In this document: positions 10,111-20,969 of the stretch, in pieces
Numbering within the stretch: position 1 is the first letter of the stretch
How the letters are laid out: each line of letters begins with the position of its first letter
Assembly: GCA_900771065.1 (NCBI GenBank)
Contig: CAAGMP010000201.1
Span: 1-35,928, forward strand
Length of the DNA: 35,928 nt
Direction: 5' to 3'
Origin: an uncultured Acinetobacter sp.
GTDB lineage: Bacteria > Pseudomonadota > Gammaproteobacteria > Pseudomonadales > Moraxellaceae
Program-made: the position numbers and the translations under genes
Notes under the pieces: model-generated
Told to the model about the DNA's origin: nothing
The model's database searches: none
What the model saw: only the letters and a program-made list of their open reading frames with translations

Positions 10111-10836
10111 TTATGGTAATAACGCTAAATAAGTTGATGGATTTTTACGTTGACCATCTTTAACCACTTCATAATGTAAATGTGGACCTGTACAACGACC
10201 TGTACAACCTACATTTGCAATATGATCACCTGCTGCAACACGATCACCCACACGCGCAATTAAACGCGATGCATGAGCATAACGGGTAATGTAACCATTA
10301 CCATGATTAATTTCGACATATTGACCGTAGCCAGTCCCCCAACCTGATTTAGTTACAATTCCTGGACCTGTTGCATAAATTGGTGTTCCTGTTGGTGCAG
10401 CAAGATCTAAACCTGAATGATTTTCAGCACGACCATTCATTACTCGTCCACCATAATTTGAACTCACACGACCACTTGGTAAAGGATGTGAAACCAACCA
10501 AGAATGTCCTGTCACGGAAGAAAGGTTATTGACTTTAGCAACTTTATAACTTTGTGAATTTGAAAGCGAAGCGCCATATTTTTCTTCTATTGTTTTATTA
10601 TTAAATACTGTCGTAACAGGTTGTGCGCTTGAATCACGCAACTTCACTGTCATTTGAGCATGTCCCGGAATATCCATATCTGGATTATCATCTTCACCTA
10701 AGTAAGAGCCACTTGCTAGTTCTAAGGTTTGAGTCAACTCACTAATGCGGTCAGATGCTTCTGTTAATTCTGCAAATGCACCCGATGTAGTCGATGCGGC
10801 TAAAGCAAAAGCCAAAAAAGCACGACGTGTATACAT
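10111..10836 (-). CDS. M23-family Zn metallopeptidase (peptidoglycan endopeptidase)
   Basis: HSGLD (HxxxD), YAH and TGPHLHYEV (HxH). Start moved to ATG 10836 (MYTRRAF), which follows a GAGG RBS and begins a signal peptide. Confidence 0.92.
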   Translation of the reverse strand: MYTRRAFLAFALAASTTSGAFAELTEASDRISELTQTLELASGSYLGEDDNPDMDIPGHAQMTVKLRDSSAQPVTTVFNNKTIEEKYGASLSNSQSYKVAKVNNLSSVTGHSWLVSHPLPSGRVSSNYGGRVMNGRAENHSGLDLAAPTGTPIYATGPGIVTKSGWGTGYGQYVEINHGNGYITRYAHASRLIARVGDRVAAGDHIANVGCTGRCTGPHLHYEVVKDGQRKNPSTYLALLP

Positions 10837-10942
10837 AAAAAACCTCTTAACCGTTTTCACAAGGTCCTCATAATGATTTGATCCTTGATCTTTTTCAAAA
10901 AACCAACATAAGATAAAGCACAAAAATGAATAAATTGTGTCT

Positions 10943-11386
10943 ATGTCAGAACCTATGAATATTTTTCAACCAACGAGAAGACTTGTAAAAACAGGTCACT
11001 TCATGTTTTTATCCAAGCAAGTCGTTGCATGGCAACAACTTACGAAAAAAATTCAACCACTCTTACCTCAACCTGAACAATGGCAAATTGCTTGTTATCA
11101 AAATGGAATATTGACTTTAACAGGGCTAAACCAAGCTATGGTGAGTCAATTATCTTACTTGCAATCTCAGTATGTTGCACAACTTTCGCAATTACCTGAA
11201 CTAAAACAGCTGACCAAAATTCAAGTTTTAATAAGAACAGCACCACAAGCACAATCTGAAGCAAGTCCAAATCCATCACGACAACTTAGTCAAGATACCA
11301 AAGAAATGCTCAGAAACGCTGCTCTTTTTGTAAACGACCCTAAGCTTAGCCAAGCTTTACTGCGTTTTGCAAGAGATGAAAAATAA
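10943..11386 (+). CDS. dciA: DciA (DUF721) helicase loader
   Basis: Size, motif pattern (W...GILTL...SQLSYLQSQYV..L...I.V) and the conserved position convergent with lpxC and divergent from the M23 gene. Alternative GTG start at 10937. Confidence 0.75.
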   Translation: MSEPMNIFQPTRRLVKTGHFMFLSKQVVAWQQLTKKIQPLLPQPEQWQIACYQNGILTLTGLNQAMVSQLSYLQSQYVAQLSQLPELKQLTKIQVLIRTAPQAQSEASPNPSRQLSQDTKEMLRNAALFVNDPKLSQALLRFARDEK

Positions 11387-11472
11387 GCAATTTGTACAAT
11401 TATTATACAAAAAATAGCTATTTTCGGCTGAAAAAATATTATGTTATAACATATTTATTTAAATACTGTGAC

Positions 11473-12375
11473 TTAGCTCACACTAACATACTTAATTGGA
11501 CAGCTTTCCATGTCATCAAATGTTACAATTTTGTAGCTCTCAGGGTCGTTTTTCACGTTTCTCAGGAGTTGATTATTTAAAGCATGTCCTGATTTGTAGC
11601 CATCAAACTTCGCGATAATTTGATGACCTAGCAAATATAAGTCACCCACTGCATCTAAAATTTTATGGCGAACAAACTCATCTGAATAACGCAAGCCTTC
11701 TTCATTGACCACGCCTGTGTCATCAACCCCAATGGCATTTTCCAAACTTGCGCCCAAAGCCAAATTATTTGCTTTTAAATAATCTAAATCTTTCATAAAG
11801 CCAAAAGTTCGTGCTTCACTGACTTCATAAACAAAAACTTCTGTTGAAAAATCGATGGTTGCAGATTGGTATTCTTTTTTAAAAGCAGGATGATCAAAAT
11901 CAATGGTAAAATTGAGCTGAAAACCATGATGAGGCTGAAAAATCGCTTTTTTATCTTGAATTAAGGCTTGAACAGGTTTGAGAATTTGAATAAATTTTTT
12001 GGCAGCTTGTTGTTCAACCAAACCGCCTTGCATTAATAAATAAATAAATGGACCTGCACTGCCATCCATAATTGGTACTTCAGATGCTGAAACTTCAATA
12101 ATTAAATTATCAATTCCTAAAGCGGCAATTGCACTCATAACGTGCTCAATCGTCCCTACTTTAATTTGACCTTGCACAAGATTTGAACACATAAAAGCTT
12201 CTTGAATCAGCATTGCATTGGCAGGAATGTCTACAGCGGGATTTAGGTCAATGCGACGAAAAACAATTCCTCCATCAGCGTGATGTGGCACAAAGTTGAT
12301 TAAGACTTTTTGACCGCTGTGCAAGCCAATACCACTAGCTTTTACAATACGCTGTAAAGTTCGCTGTTTTAACAT
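11473..12375 (-). CDS. lpxC: UDP-3-O-acyl-GlcNAc deacetylase
   Basis: MLKQRTL..GIGLHSG N-terminus (start moved to 12375), [30 protein letters not shown]. Confidence 0.98.
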   Translation of the reverse strand: MLKQRTLQRIVKASGIGLHSGQKVLINFVPHHADGGIVFRRIDLNPAVDIPANAMLIQEAFMCSNLVQGQIKVGTIEHVMSAIAALGIDNLIIEVSASEVPIMDGSAGPFIYLLMQGGLVEQQAAKKFIQILKPVQALIQDKKAIFQPHHGFQLNFTIDFDHPAFKKEYQSATIDFSTEVFVYEVSEARTFGFMKDLDYLKANNLALGASLENAIGVDDTGVVNEEGLRYSDEFVRHKILDAVGDLYLLGHQIIAKFDGYKSGHALNNQLLRNVKNDPESYKIVTFDDMESCPIKYVSVS

Positions 12376-12430
12376 TCTTCTATAATCATCTGCCCAAAAC
12401 GTCTTATACGTTAGCACATTTCAGCTTTGA

Positions 12431-12465
12431 TAAAAAATAAAAAAGGCAGTTTATCACTGCCCTTT
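12431..12465 (-). terminator. Intrinsic terminator between ftsZ and lpxC
   Basis: Minus strand AAAGGGCAGT-GATAA-ACTGCCTTTTTTATTTTTT. Confidence 0.75.
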
Positions 12466-12487
12466 CTAAGATCAACAATCAAAATGA

Positions 12488-13666
12488 TTATTTACGTTGT
12501 TGATTTTTCAAGTATTCTTGAATACTCATTTGTACAGGACGTGACGGAGAAACCGTTGCTGAATTGTTGGCTGTGCCTTCTGTCGTATGCTGACGTTGAA
12601 TGGCAGGCACATCTTCTTCTTCTGTTGGCATCGATGTATTTTGTACAGGTTTGTTCACGGCTGAACGTTGTACAGGATCAGCTGCATCTGCGGAATTACG
12701 TGTTAAACCTGTTGCAATGACTGTTACACTAATTTCATCACGTGCATCTGGATCAAACACAGTACCGTAGAACACTTGACCTTCGTCAAGATCAACAATT
12801 TGGTTCACGACATTGGTAATTTCTTCAATTTCACCAAATGTAACGTCATCACCACCTGTGACATTAATTAAAATGCCTTTCGCATTCATAATGGTTACGT
12901 TGTCTAACAATGGGCTACGAATCGCTTGTTCAGCAGCTTGACGCGCACGATGTTCACCACGACCAATACCTGCACCCATCATTGCATAGCCACGTGTGCT
13001 CATGGCAGTTTTTAAGTCAGCAAAGTCAAGGTTAATATGACCCGGACGAACAACCAAATCAAAAATACTACGCACCGCATTTAACAAGACGTCATCTGCC
13101 TTTTTATAGGCATCTTTCATTGAAATATCACGGAATACTTTTAATAAACGCTGATTTGGAATAATAATTAAAGAATCAACATGTTGTTCAAGTGCTTCAA
13201 TACCTTGCTCAGCAGCTTGCAAACGGCGCTTACCTTCAAAATTAAATGGTGTTGTCACCACACCAACGGTCAAAATACCCATTTCTTTGGCAATTTCGGC
13301 CACAACAGGTGCTGCACCCGTTCCTGTACCACCGCCCATACCAGCGGTCACAAAAACCATATCTGTGCCTTCAAGCTCATGACGGATCAAATCACGGCTT
13401 TCTTCTGCTGCAGCTTGACCAACTTTTGGATTTGCACCTGCGCCCAAACCACGAGTACTTTGTTCCCCAAGTTGGATTTTTTGTTCTGCATTCATGCGAT
13501 CTAAAGCTTGTTTATCTGTATTTGCACAAACAAATTTTACGCCTTGAATATCAGATTCAAGCATATGTTGTACGGCATTGCCGCCTGCACCACCTACACC
13601 AAACACAGTGAAACGGGCTTGACCGTTGTTATCTGCTTGATCATCTTCAAAAAATTCAAATGCCAT
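12488..13666 (-). CDS. ftsZ: Cell division GTPase FtsZ
   Basis: [19 protein letters not shown] tubulin signature, NLDFAD, C-terminal peptide SIQEYLK. Start moved to ATG 13666. Confidence 0.98.
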   Translation of the reverse strand: MAFEFFEDDQADNNGQARFTVFGVGGAGGNAVQHMLESDIQGVKFVCANTDKQALDRMNAEQKIQLGEQSTRGLGAGANPKVGQAAAEESRDLIRHELEGTDMVFVTAGMGGGTGTGAAPVVAEIAKEMGILTVGVVTTPFNFEGKRRLQAAEQGIEALEQHVDSLIIIPNQRLLKVFRDISMKDAYKKADDVLLNAVRSIFDLVVRPGHINLDFADLKTAMSTRGYAMMGAGIGRGEHRARQAAEQAIRSPLLDNVTIMNAKGILINVTGGDDVTFGEIEEITNVVNQIVDLDEGQVFYGTVFDPDARDEISVTVIATGLTRNSADAADPVQRSAVNKPVQNTSMPTEEEDVPAIQRQHTTEGTANNSATVSPSRPVQMSIQEYLKNQQRK

Positions 13667-13810
13667 GACCTTTAGGGTTCCTAATACGTTGTTGGCAGCC
13701 ACTGACGCCCGTATACTGCCTTTACTTTCATAAAAATTGTTTTTAGCATGCTGTGCTATTAACAGCTTGTCAAGTGTAAGTCAATTTTAGTCAACATCTT
13801 TTATCACTTT

Positions 13811-15076
13811 TTAAAAAAATTTTTTCAATTTTTTATTTAAGTTACCCCAAGAGTTTTTCAATTTTACCCACATCGATGAATTGGTGTGCTCACTTGCGCT
13901 TGGTTCACCTTGTTCTTCATTTTGACTATATATTAACAAACCTACAGCCGTTCTATAAGATGAATCTTGCAAAGTTGTTAAATATTGTTCATCTGCACAA
14001 ATCACTTTAGGTGGATGATTGCCTAAATGTGCAGAAATACCCAAGCAACGGCGTGAAAAATTGATGATACCTTCAACTTTGCTCGCATTACCTGCTAGCA
14101 CCACACCATGATATAAACCTTGAATTGCACCTGTTTGTTGTAATTGATGATGAATTTCGGCAAAAATTTCGTCATAACGTGCAATAATAATTTCAGCTAA
14201 TTCAATTCGACTGATGGTTTGTGGACCTTCAATGCCTTGAATTTGAATCATATGGTCAGGTTTAATAACATTTAAATCAACGCAGCCATATTTAATTTTT
14301 AGACGTTCTGCTTCTTCTGTTGTGGTTTGCAAGACAGATGCAATATCACGTGTGACATGATCACCGCCTTTTTGCAAAGTATGTGCAAAAGCCAAACGCC
14401 CTTCAATATAAACTAAAATATCCGTTGTACCTGCGCCAATATCAATTAAGCACACACCATATTCTTTTTCATCTGGTAATAACGTAGCTTCTGCGGTTGC
14501 CAAACTTGAAATGACAATTTTTTCTACCCCAATGTTGGCCCCTTTTAGCGCACGGTCAACATTTTGCATGGTCGTAATGGGTAAAGTCATTAATTGATAA
14601 TGTGCTGTCATACTTTGTGCAGACATACGCAGTGGATTTTGTACCCACTCACCTGCGTCGTCTAAATCAAAGCCTAAAGGCACAGCACTAACCAAATAAT
14701 GATCTTGCCCTGCATTTTGACTGGCTTTGGCTAAATCTAATGCGCGTACCATTTCATTTGTGGTAATTATTTTTTCACTATTTTCGACCACAACTTGCCC
14801 TGAGGCATAAAAGCTTTTTAATTCTGCACTTGGAATAGAAATCCATGCCGAATGAATACGGCATTCTGAGCGGTCTTCCGCTTCTTGCACTGCATTTTTA
14901 ATAGAAGTAATGACTTTATCTAGGCTGGCAATTTTGCCTTTGCTCATACCTCGATTGACTGCACTACCCATACCAATCACTTCAATGCGATCGGGTGCAT
15001 ATACTTTCGCAATTAAAACTGAAACTTTATTCGTTCCAATATCTATCGCGACCACCGATGGAACAGTTTCATTCAT
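13811..15076 (-). CDS. ftsA: Cell division protein FtsA
   Basis: AIDIGTNKV and LIDIGAGTTD actin-like ATPase motifs; lies between ftsQ and ftsZ. Confidence 0.96.
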   Translation of the reverse strand: MNETVPSVVAIDIGTNKVSVLIAKVYAPDRIEVIGMGSAVNRGMSKGKIASLDKVITSIKNAVQEAEDRSECRIHSAWISIPSAELKSFYASGQVVVENSEKIITTNEMVRALDLAKASQNAGQDHYLVSAVPLGFDLDDAGEWVQNPLRMSAQSMTAHYQLMTLPITTMQNVDRALKGANIGVEKIVISSLATAEATLLPDEKEYGVCLIDIGAGTTDILVYIEGRLAFAHTLQKGGDHVTRDIASVLQTTTEEAERLKIKYGCVDLNVIKPDHMIQIQGIEGPQTISRIELAEIIIARYDEIFAEIHHQLQQTGAIQGLYHGVVLAGNASKVEGIINFSRRCLGISAHLGNHPPKVICADEQYLTTLQDSSYRTAVGLLIYSQNEEQGEPSASEHTNSSMWVKLKNSWGNLNKKLKKFF

Positions 15077-15143
15077 TATTTATTACCATAGCCTAATATG
15101 TTTAATTTAATGGCTGATTAACGCCTCTATAATTTGGTCGCTA

Positions 15144-15998
15144 TTATGGCTTTGCTGGTGCAGATTTGGCAATGTCAGAATCTTGCTTCTGCACAACAAA
15201 ATGACCGTTTACAATTTTAGGTGGCGTTGCATTTTTCCATTGTAATGCCAAACCATTGCGATATCGCAAATCCACACCCGAAACCTGCGACCAAACTGGC
15301 TTTAAATCATGCATCGCTAAGTAACTGAGTTGTTGTAATTTGGATAACATTTGATCTTGATCCACAATAACACGTAAACCTGTATCAAATTGCATAAACC
15401 AAGTCATCCGATCGGTCAAATACAATTCTTTTAAACGTATTTTTTGTGGTGCAAATAATTTATTAATTTCATTATAACGCCCCATCATCAATTTAGATTG
15501 TGAAGCAGGACCATGTAATAAAGGCAAATACTGATAATTTTTCGGTATCACTTCAGTAAATACATCGCCACTATCACTAAGTAAACGCCCTGTTCCCCAA
15601 CGTGCAATTGGCGTTTTTGGCACAATACGCAAACGAATTGAATTTGGCCAAGCACGTGAAACCACTACTCGGTCAACCCAAGATAACTCTAAAGTTTTAT
15701 CTCGAATGGTACGCAAATCTGAAGTGAAATAATTATTGGTTACATGAGGTGCAACATATTGCACAATTTTTTGCTTTTCTAACTCGTTTTGTGCACCCAC
15801 TACTTCAAGCTCGGCAACATGTGCATCGGTCATCACTTGATACAAAGCATATAACCCTGTGCCGAGCAGGCATAATGCAATGACAATCAAAATCCAACCA
15901 CCCGCATTGGCTAATTGAGCATAACGAGATGGTGGCTGATCGTGAATCGAAGTCACCGCAGCCATTTTTTTACGACGCAGAGTTAAAAGTTTTGCCAT
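15144..15998 (-). CDS. ftsQ: Cell division protein FtsQ
   Basis: Single TM helix, POTRA region with VSRAWPN, C-terminal DLRYRNG; dcw synteny. Confidence 0.95.
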   Translation of the reverse strand: MAKLLTLRRKKMAAVTSIHDQPPSRYAQLANAGGWILIVIALCLLGTGLYALYQVMTDAHVAELEVVGAQNELEKQKIVQYVAPHVTNNYFTSDLRTIRDKTLELSWVDRVVVSRAWPNSIRLRIVPKTPIARWGTGRLLSDSGDVFTEVIPKNYQYLPLLHGPASQSKLMMGRYNEINKLFAPQKIRLKELYLTDRMTWFMQFDTGLRVIVDQDQMLSKLQQLSYLAMHDLKPVWSQVSGVDLRYRNGLALQWKNATPPKIVNGHFVVQKQDSDIAKSAPAKP

Positions 15999-16013
15999 AA
16001 TTTACAAAGCTAC

Positions 16014-16928
16014 TTATAAAGTTTGTTCTAAAATGGCTAAACAAAGTGCTTCAAAACTATAACCTACTGCTTTTGCAGCTTTTGGCACAAGAGAATGGCT
16101 TGTCATGCCCGGAACGGTATTAATTTCTAATAACCAAAATTGACCATTTTCATCTTGCATGGCATCAATACGCCCCCAACCGCTCGCACCGACTGCCTGA
16201 AAAGCCGATAAAGATAAATTTTGTAATAATTTTTCTTCTTCTGCAGTTAAACCACACGGAATACCATATTCAACATCATCACGATTATATTTAGCTTCAT
16301 AATCGTAAAAAGCAACGTCTTTTGGAGGTTGTAAGCGAATAACAGGAAGTGCCTGACCATTTAAAATAACAATGGTAAATTCACGTCCTGTAATCCATTT
16401 TTCCGCCATAACAATGGCATCATGCGCTGTTGCTTTGGCAATCGCTTGAGCAAAATCTTCTGCTTTTTCAACTTTACTCATGCCAATGCTTGAACCTTCA
16501 TGCACAGGCTTAATAATAAAAGGTAAACCTAAAACTGCAATTAAATCATCAATATTGGTTTCTTTATTAACAATACGATACGGCGCGGTTGGTAAAGCAA
16601 AACCTTGCCAAACCTGCTTGGTTTTCACTTTGTCCATACCAATAGCAGAACCTTGCACACCTGTGCCTGTGTAAGGAATATTTAACCATTCCAAAGCACC
16701 TTGAATTTGACCATCTTCACCGCCACGACCGTGCAATACAATAAATGCACGATCATATTCAACCAATTCAGTAATGCTACGTTGTTGTGGATCAAATGCT
16801 TCAGCATTTACACCTTCATGCAATAAAGCATTTAATACAGCATGACCACTGTCTAAAGAAACTGCGCGCTCAGCCGATTTACCACCCAACAAGACTGCGA
16901 CTTTACCGAATTTTGATGCATTTGACAC
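16014..16928 (-). CDS. ddl: D-alanine--D-alanine ligase
   Basis: GGKSAERAVSL, LHGRGGEDG, EGSSIG, EINTVPGMT. GTG start at 16928 follows AAGGA. Confidence 0.96.
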   Translation of the reverse strand: MSNASKFGKVAVLLGGKSAERAVSLDSGHAVLNALLHEGVNAEAFDPQQRSITELVEYDRAFIVLHGRGGEDGQIQGALEWLNIPYTGTGVQGSAIGMDKVKTKQVWQGFALPTAPYRIVNKETNIDDLIAVLGLPFIIKPVHEGSSIGMSKVEKAEDFAQAIAKATAHDAIVMAEKWITGREFTIVILNGQALPVIRLQPPKDVAFYDYEAKYNRDDVEYGIPCGLTAEEEKLLQNLSLSAFQAVGASGWGRIDAMQDENGQFWLLEINTVPGMTSHSLVPKAAKAVGYSFEALCLAILEQTL

Positions 16929-16976
16929 AGGAATATCCTTCACTATTTTCTGTTTATGGTGCTAAAAGTTAATCGC

Positions 16977-18422
16977 TTATTTTAAATACAAATGATTTTG
17001 TGCCAATTCAATTGAAATTGCACCTACATTACCTGCACCTTGAGTTAAAACCAAATCATTTGCTTGAAGCGTCTTTTTCAAGACATTGGCTAAATTGCCT
17101 TCCACAGGATCAATTAAAATCGGTTCAACTTCACCACGTAAACGAATACTACGTGCTAAAGCACGACTGTCTGCACCGACAATCGGTTTTTCGCCCGCAG
17201 GATAAACTTCTAATAAAAACAATTGATCCACTTGGGATAACACATCAACAAAATCATCGAAACAATCACGCGTACGACTAAAACGATGCGGTTGGAATAG
17301 CATAACTAAACGACGATCGGGATGACTAGCACGCGCAGCTTTGATGGTTGCCTCAACTTCTTTAGGATGATGACCATAATCATCTACTAATTTGACTGTA
17401 CCATCGCCCAATTCGTATTCACCTTGTACTTGGAAACGACGACCAACGCCACTAAAACTTTCTAAAGCGCGTGCAATTGCAGCATCGGAAACACCTTCAT
17501 CAGTTGCAATACCAATCGCTGCCAAAGCATTTAAAATATTGTGTAAACCCGGCAAATTGATAGTTAATGATAATGGCTCACGGTCTTTACGTAAAACAGT
17601 AAAATGAGACTGCATGCCTTGTTGTACAACGTCCACTGCACGAATATCATTATTTTCATTAAAACCGTAGGTTAAAACAGGGCGTGCAATTCGTGGCATA
17701 ATTTCACGAATATTGGCATCATCACCACAAACTACCGCTAAACCATAAAATGGTAAACGATGTAAAAACTGAATAAAGGTATCTTTTAATACATCAAAAC
17801 TGCCGCCATAAGTATCCATATGATCGGCATCGATGTTAGTAACAATCGCAGCCATCGGTTGTAAATGCAAGAAAGATGCATCTGACTCATCGGCTTCAGC
17901 TACAATAAAGCGACTTTCACCCAATGCCGCATTTACCCCTGTACGATTGAGTAAACCACCAATCACATAAGTTGGGTCTAAATTTTCTTCCGCCAACATA
18001 CAGGTAACCAAACTGGTTGTGGTAGTTTTACCATGTGTTCCTGCTACCGCAATCCCGTGACGATAGCGCATCAACTCACCCAACATTTCAGCACGACGTA
18101 CAACAGGAATACGATTTTCTATTGCTGTTTTAATTTCAGGATTTTGCGCATCAATTGCCGTTGAAACAACCAATACATCAGCATTTTGAATATTTTCAGC
18201 AGCATGACCAATAAACACACGAATGCCATTTTCTTCAAGCTGTGCTGTGGTTTTAGAAGCTTTAATGTCTGAACCTGAAATAATATAGCCTTGATTTTTT
18301 AAAACTTCAGCGATACCACACATGCCCGCACCACCGATACCGACAAAGTGAATATGCTGGATACGGCGCATTTCAGGAACTTTAATTAATTTTTTTGCTT
18401 GATCGGCAGTAGATACAGACAT
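16977..18422 (-). CDS. murC: UDP-N-acetylmuramate--L-alanine ligase
   Basis: [31 protein letters not shown]. Confidence 0.98.
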   Translation of the reverse strand: MSVSTADQAKKLIKVPEMRRIQHIHFVGIGGAGMCGIAEVLKNQGYIISGSDIKASKTTAQLEENGIRVFIGHAAENIQNADVLVVSTAIDAQNPEIKTAIENRIPVVRRAEMLGELMRYRHGIAVAGTHGKTTTTSLVTCMLAEENLDPTYVIGGLLNRTGVNAALGESRFIVAEADESDASFLHLQPMAAIVTNIDADHMDTYGGSFDVLKDTFIQFLHRLPFYGLAVVCGDDANIREIMPRIARPVLTYGFNENNDIRAVDVVQQGMQSHFTVLRKDREPLSLTINLPGLHNILNALAAIGIATDEGVSDAAIARALESFSGVGRRFQVQGEYELGDGTVKLVDDYGHHPKEVEATIKAARASHPDRRLVMLFQPHRFSRTRDCFDDFVDVLSQVDQLFLLEVYPAGEKPIVGADSRALARSIRLRGEVEPILIDPVEGNLANVLKKTLQANDLVLTQGAGNVGAISIELAQNHLYLK

Positions 18423-18434
18423 ATTTCACTCAAT

Positions 18435-19532
18435 TTACAATTTTTGAATCAGTTGAACAACGTGTTGCGTTGCCATAGGCTGTGCTTGTTGTCGGGCTTT
18501 GCTTGCCATTTCAGATAAAATTTGACGGTTTAATAAAGGTGTCAAAATTTCCTTTAAATGGCTTGCGGTCATTGTGCTTTGTGGGCAAATTTTTGCAGCA
18601 CCGCGTTGAGCTAAAAATTCAGCATTTTTAGTTTGATGATCATCAACAGCGCTTGGCAATGGCACAAAAATGGCAGCGACTCCCGCAGTAGCGACTTCAG
18701 TGACGGTTAAAGCACCTGCGCGACAGATAATTAAATCGGCATCTGCATAGGCTTGTGCCATGTTTTCAATAAAGGGTTGTACGTCAACTTGCAATGTATC
18801 GGGTTTATTTTCGTAATAACTAGCTGTCATTGGCGCATTATTTTGTCCACATTGATGATAAACACTTAAAGGAAGATCAATCATTTTCAAAGTCTGTGGC
18901 AAAGTTTCATTTAATGCTTTTGCACCCAATGATCCGCCAACAATTAGAATACGTAAAGGCAAACCTGCTTTTTCACGCTCTGCGTAACGCCAACTTGGAT
19001 TTAAAATTTCGCTAATTTCTTGGCGAACAGGATTACCTGTTGTCACGACTTTATTTTGTGCTGCAAAAGTGTTTGGAAATGCTTGGCATATTGTGGTTGC
19101 TACACGCGCTAATTGTGTATTGGTAAAACCTGCCACTGCATTTTGCTCATGAATTAAAATCGGAATGCCTAAAATACGTGCTGCCAAACCACCTGGACCT
19201 GCAACATAACCTCCAAAACCTGCAACAGCATCTACTTTCAGCTGTTTCATATAACGTATTGCAGCCAATGTCGCTTTCATAACTTTAAATGGTGCAGCCA
19301 CTTTACGTAGCACACCATTACCGCGTACACCTTGAATATCAATTTGGTAAATTGGAATATTTTGTTTTTCTAGTAAACGATTTTCCATGCCATTTGGCGT
19401 CGCCAACCAAGAAACGGTCACCCCTTGCTGCTGCAATTGTTTAGCAACGGCTAAAGCAGGAAATACATGTCCACCAGTTCCTGCTGCCATCATCATGACA
19501 TGTTGAGGTGATTTTTTCTGCGAATCGGTCAC
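18435..19532 (-). CDS. murG: Lipid II GlcNAc transferase MurG
   Basis: AGTGGHVFP, HEQN, TGNPVR, GGSLGA, RAGALTVTE, DHQTKNA; GTG start. Confidence 0.97.
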   Translation of the reverse strand: MTDSQKKSPQHVMMMAAGTGGHVFPALAVAKQLQQQGVTVSWLATPNGMENRLLEKQNIPIYQIDIQGVRGNGVLRKVAAPFKVMKATLAAIRYMKQLKVDAVAGFGGYVAGPGGLAARILGIPILIHEQNAVAGFTNTQLARVATTICQAFPNTFAAQNKVVTTGNPVRQEISEILNPSWRYAEREKAGLPLRILIVGGSLGAKALNETLPQTLKMIDLPLSVYHQCGQNNAPMTASYYENKPDTLQVDVQPFIENMAQAYADADLIICRAGALTVTEVATAGVAAIFVPLPSAVDDHQTKNAEFLAQRGAAKICPQSTMTASHLKEILTPLLNRQILSEMASKARQQAQPMATQHVVQLIQKL

Positions 19533-19695
19533 GGCATTTCTTCAATATAATGGAGGCAAATAAAAATTAAGTCTAAGCTAACAATTGTAATGGGAAACGA
19601 CGCCCCATGAAAGATGATTTGTTTTTTTTCATCATTCGATTGATTGTTTTTTTCTACCGCTTTTCTGCTTTTAAACTAATTTAATTATCTTTGAT

Positions 19696-19732
19696 TTGTT
19701 CAAATGCGTGCTCTGAACACGCATTTGAACAA
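19696..19732. terminator. 15-bp-arm hairpin directly after the gshB stop
   Basis: TTGTTCAAATGCGTG-CTCTGAA-CACGCATTTGAACAA; no clear U-tract in the gshB orientation. Confidence 0.55.
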
Positions 19733-19736
19733 TCAA

Positions 19737-20681
19737 TTAAACAGTTCGACCTTGTTCTAAAACATCAAATAAGGTGTCGGCAATAGATGTTCCAAATTGT
19801 TTATCAATTTCACGAATGCATGTTGGACTCGTAACATTAATTTCTGTGACATAATCACCAATCACATCTAAGCCTACAAAAATTAAACCTTTTTCACGCA
19901 AAAAAGGTCCAACTTTAGCTGCAATTTGCTTGTCATTTTCAGTTAATGGACGCGCTTCACCCAAACCACCTGCGGCTAAATTGCCACGCACTTCGCCATT
20001 TTGTGGAATACGTGCTAAACAATATGGAATTGGTTCACCATTCACCATTAAGATACGCTTATCACCATTCACAATTTCAGGAATATAACGCTGCGCCATA
20101 ATCGGCTGTGTGCCGTTATTGGTTAAAATTTCAATGGTTGAACCAATATTCACACCATCTTGATACAAACGGAAAATACCCATTCCACCCATACCATCTA
20201 ATGGTTTTACAATCACATCGCCATGTTGTTGAATAAACTCACGGATTAAACTTTGTTGTGAAGTCACCAAAGTTGGCACTTGCAATTCAGGAAATTGCGT
20301 TGCAAACAGCTTTTCGTTACAGTCGCGTAGGCTTTGCGGTTTATTAATAATCCATACACCTTCACGTTCAGCTTGCTCTAAAATATAAGTGGTATAAACA
20401 AAATTCATATCGAAAGGCGGGTCTTTACGCATCAATACCACATCATAAGCGGCTAAAGATTCTTTTTGTTTTTCACCCAATTCATAATAACGCACTTCAT
20501 TTTCAAATACGCTTAAAGGCGAAATCAAACCAAATGCTTTACCTTGATCAATATATAAATCTTGTTGTAAGGCATAGCCTAATTCATGTCCACGACGTGC
20601 TGCTGCCCACAACATTGCCATTGTTGAATCTTTTTTTAAATTGACCTGTTCAATCGGGTCCATTACCACCAATACACGCAT
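19737..20681 (-). CDS. gshB: Glutathione synthetase
   Basis: VVMDPI...KKDST, MRKDPPFD, NEKL, KPLDGMGG, RGNLAAGG, EINVTSPT. Start moved to ATG 20681. Confidence 0.98.
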   Translation of the reverse strand: MRVLVVMDPIEQVNLKKDSTMAMLWAAARRGHELGYALQQDLYIDQGKAFGLISPLSVFENEVRYYELGEKQKESLAAYDVVLMRKDPPFDMNFVYTTYILEQAEREGVWIINKPQSLRDCNEKLFATQFPELQVPTLVTSQQSLIREFIQQHGDVIVKPLDGMGGMGIFRLYQDGVNIGSTIEILTNNGTQPIMAQRYIPEIVNGDKRILMVNGEPIPYCLARIPQNGEVRGNLAAGGLGEARPLTENDKQIAAKVGPFLREKGLIFVGLDVIGDYVTEINVTSPTCIREIDKQFGTSIADTLFDVLEQGRTV

Positions 20682-20969
20682 TCTTTTCTCTCTAGATTTA
20701 TTCAATTTTTAAAGTATAAGTAAATTTCAGGCGAAGCCAAAGATTATTATTATTTTGTTATTTTTAAAAAATTTTGCTTGCAATTTTTTGCATAAGCACC
20801 GATATTCAAAATATAACAACACAAAAATTCTGCAGAACGTGTTAATTGTTCAATCCACAGGAGAATATTCCAAAGTCATTGAATATATTTTGTTTTATGC
20901 AACATATTAATGCGGTGTAGCACGCTACATTCATTAATTTTTTTAAGATAAAAAGTAATAAGGTGGATT

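Noticed and set aside
11392..12720. ORFs 11392-11580 and 12427-12720, and likewise 4490-4717, 21160-21354 and 22520-22708
   Set aside because: They have TTG or weak starts, overlap real genes or terminators in antisense, and show no protein-family features.
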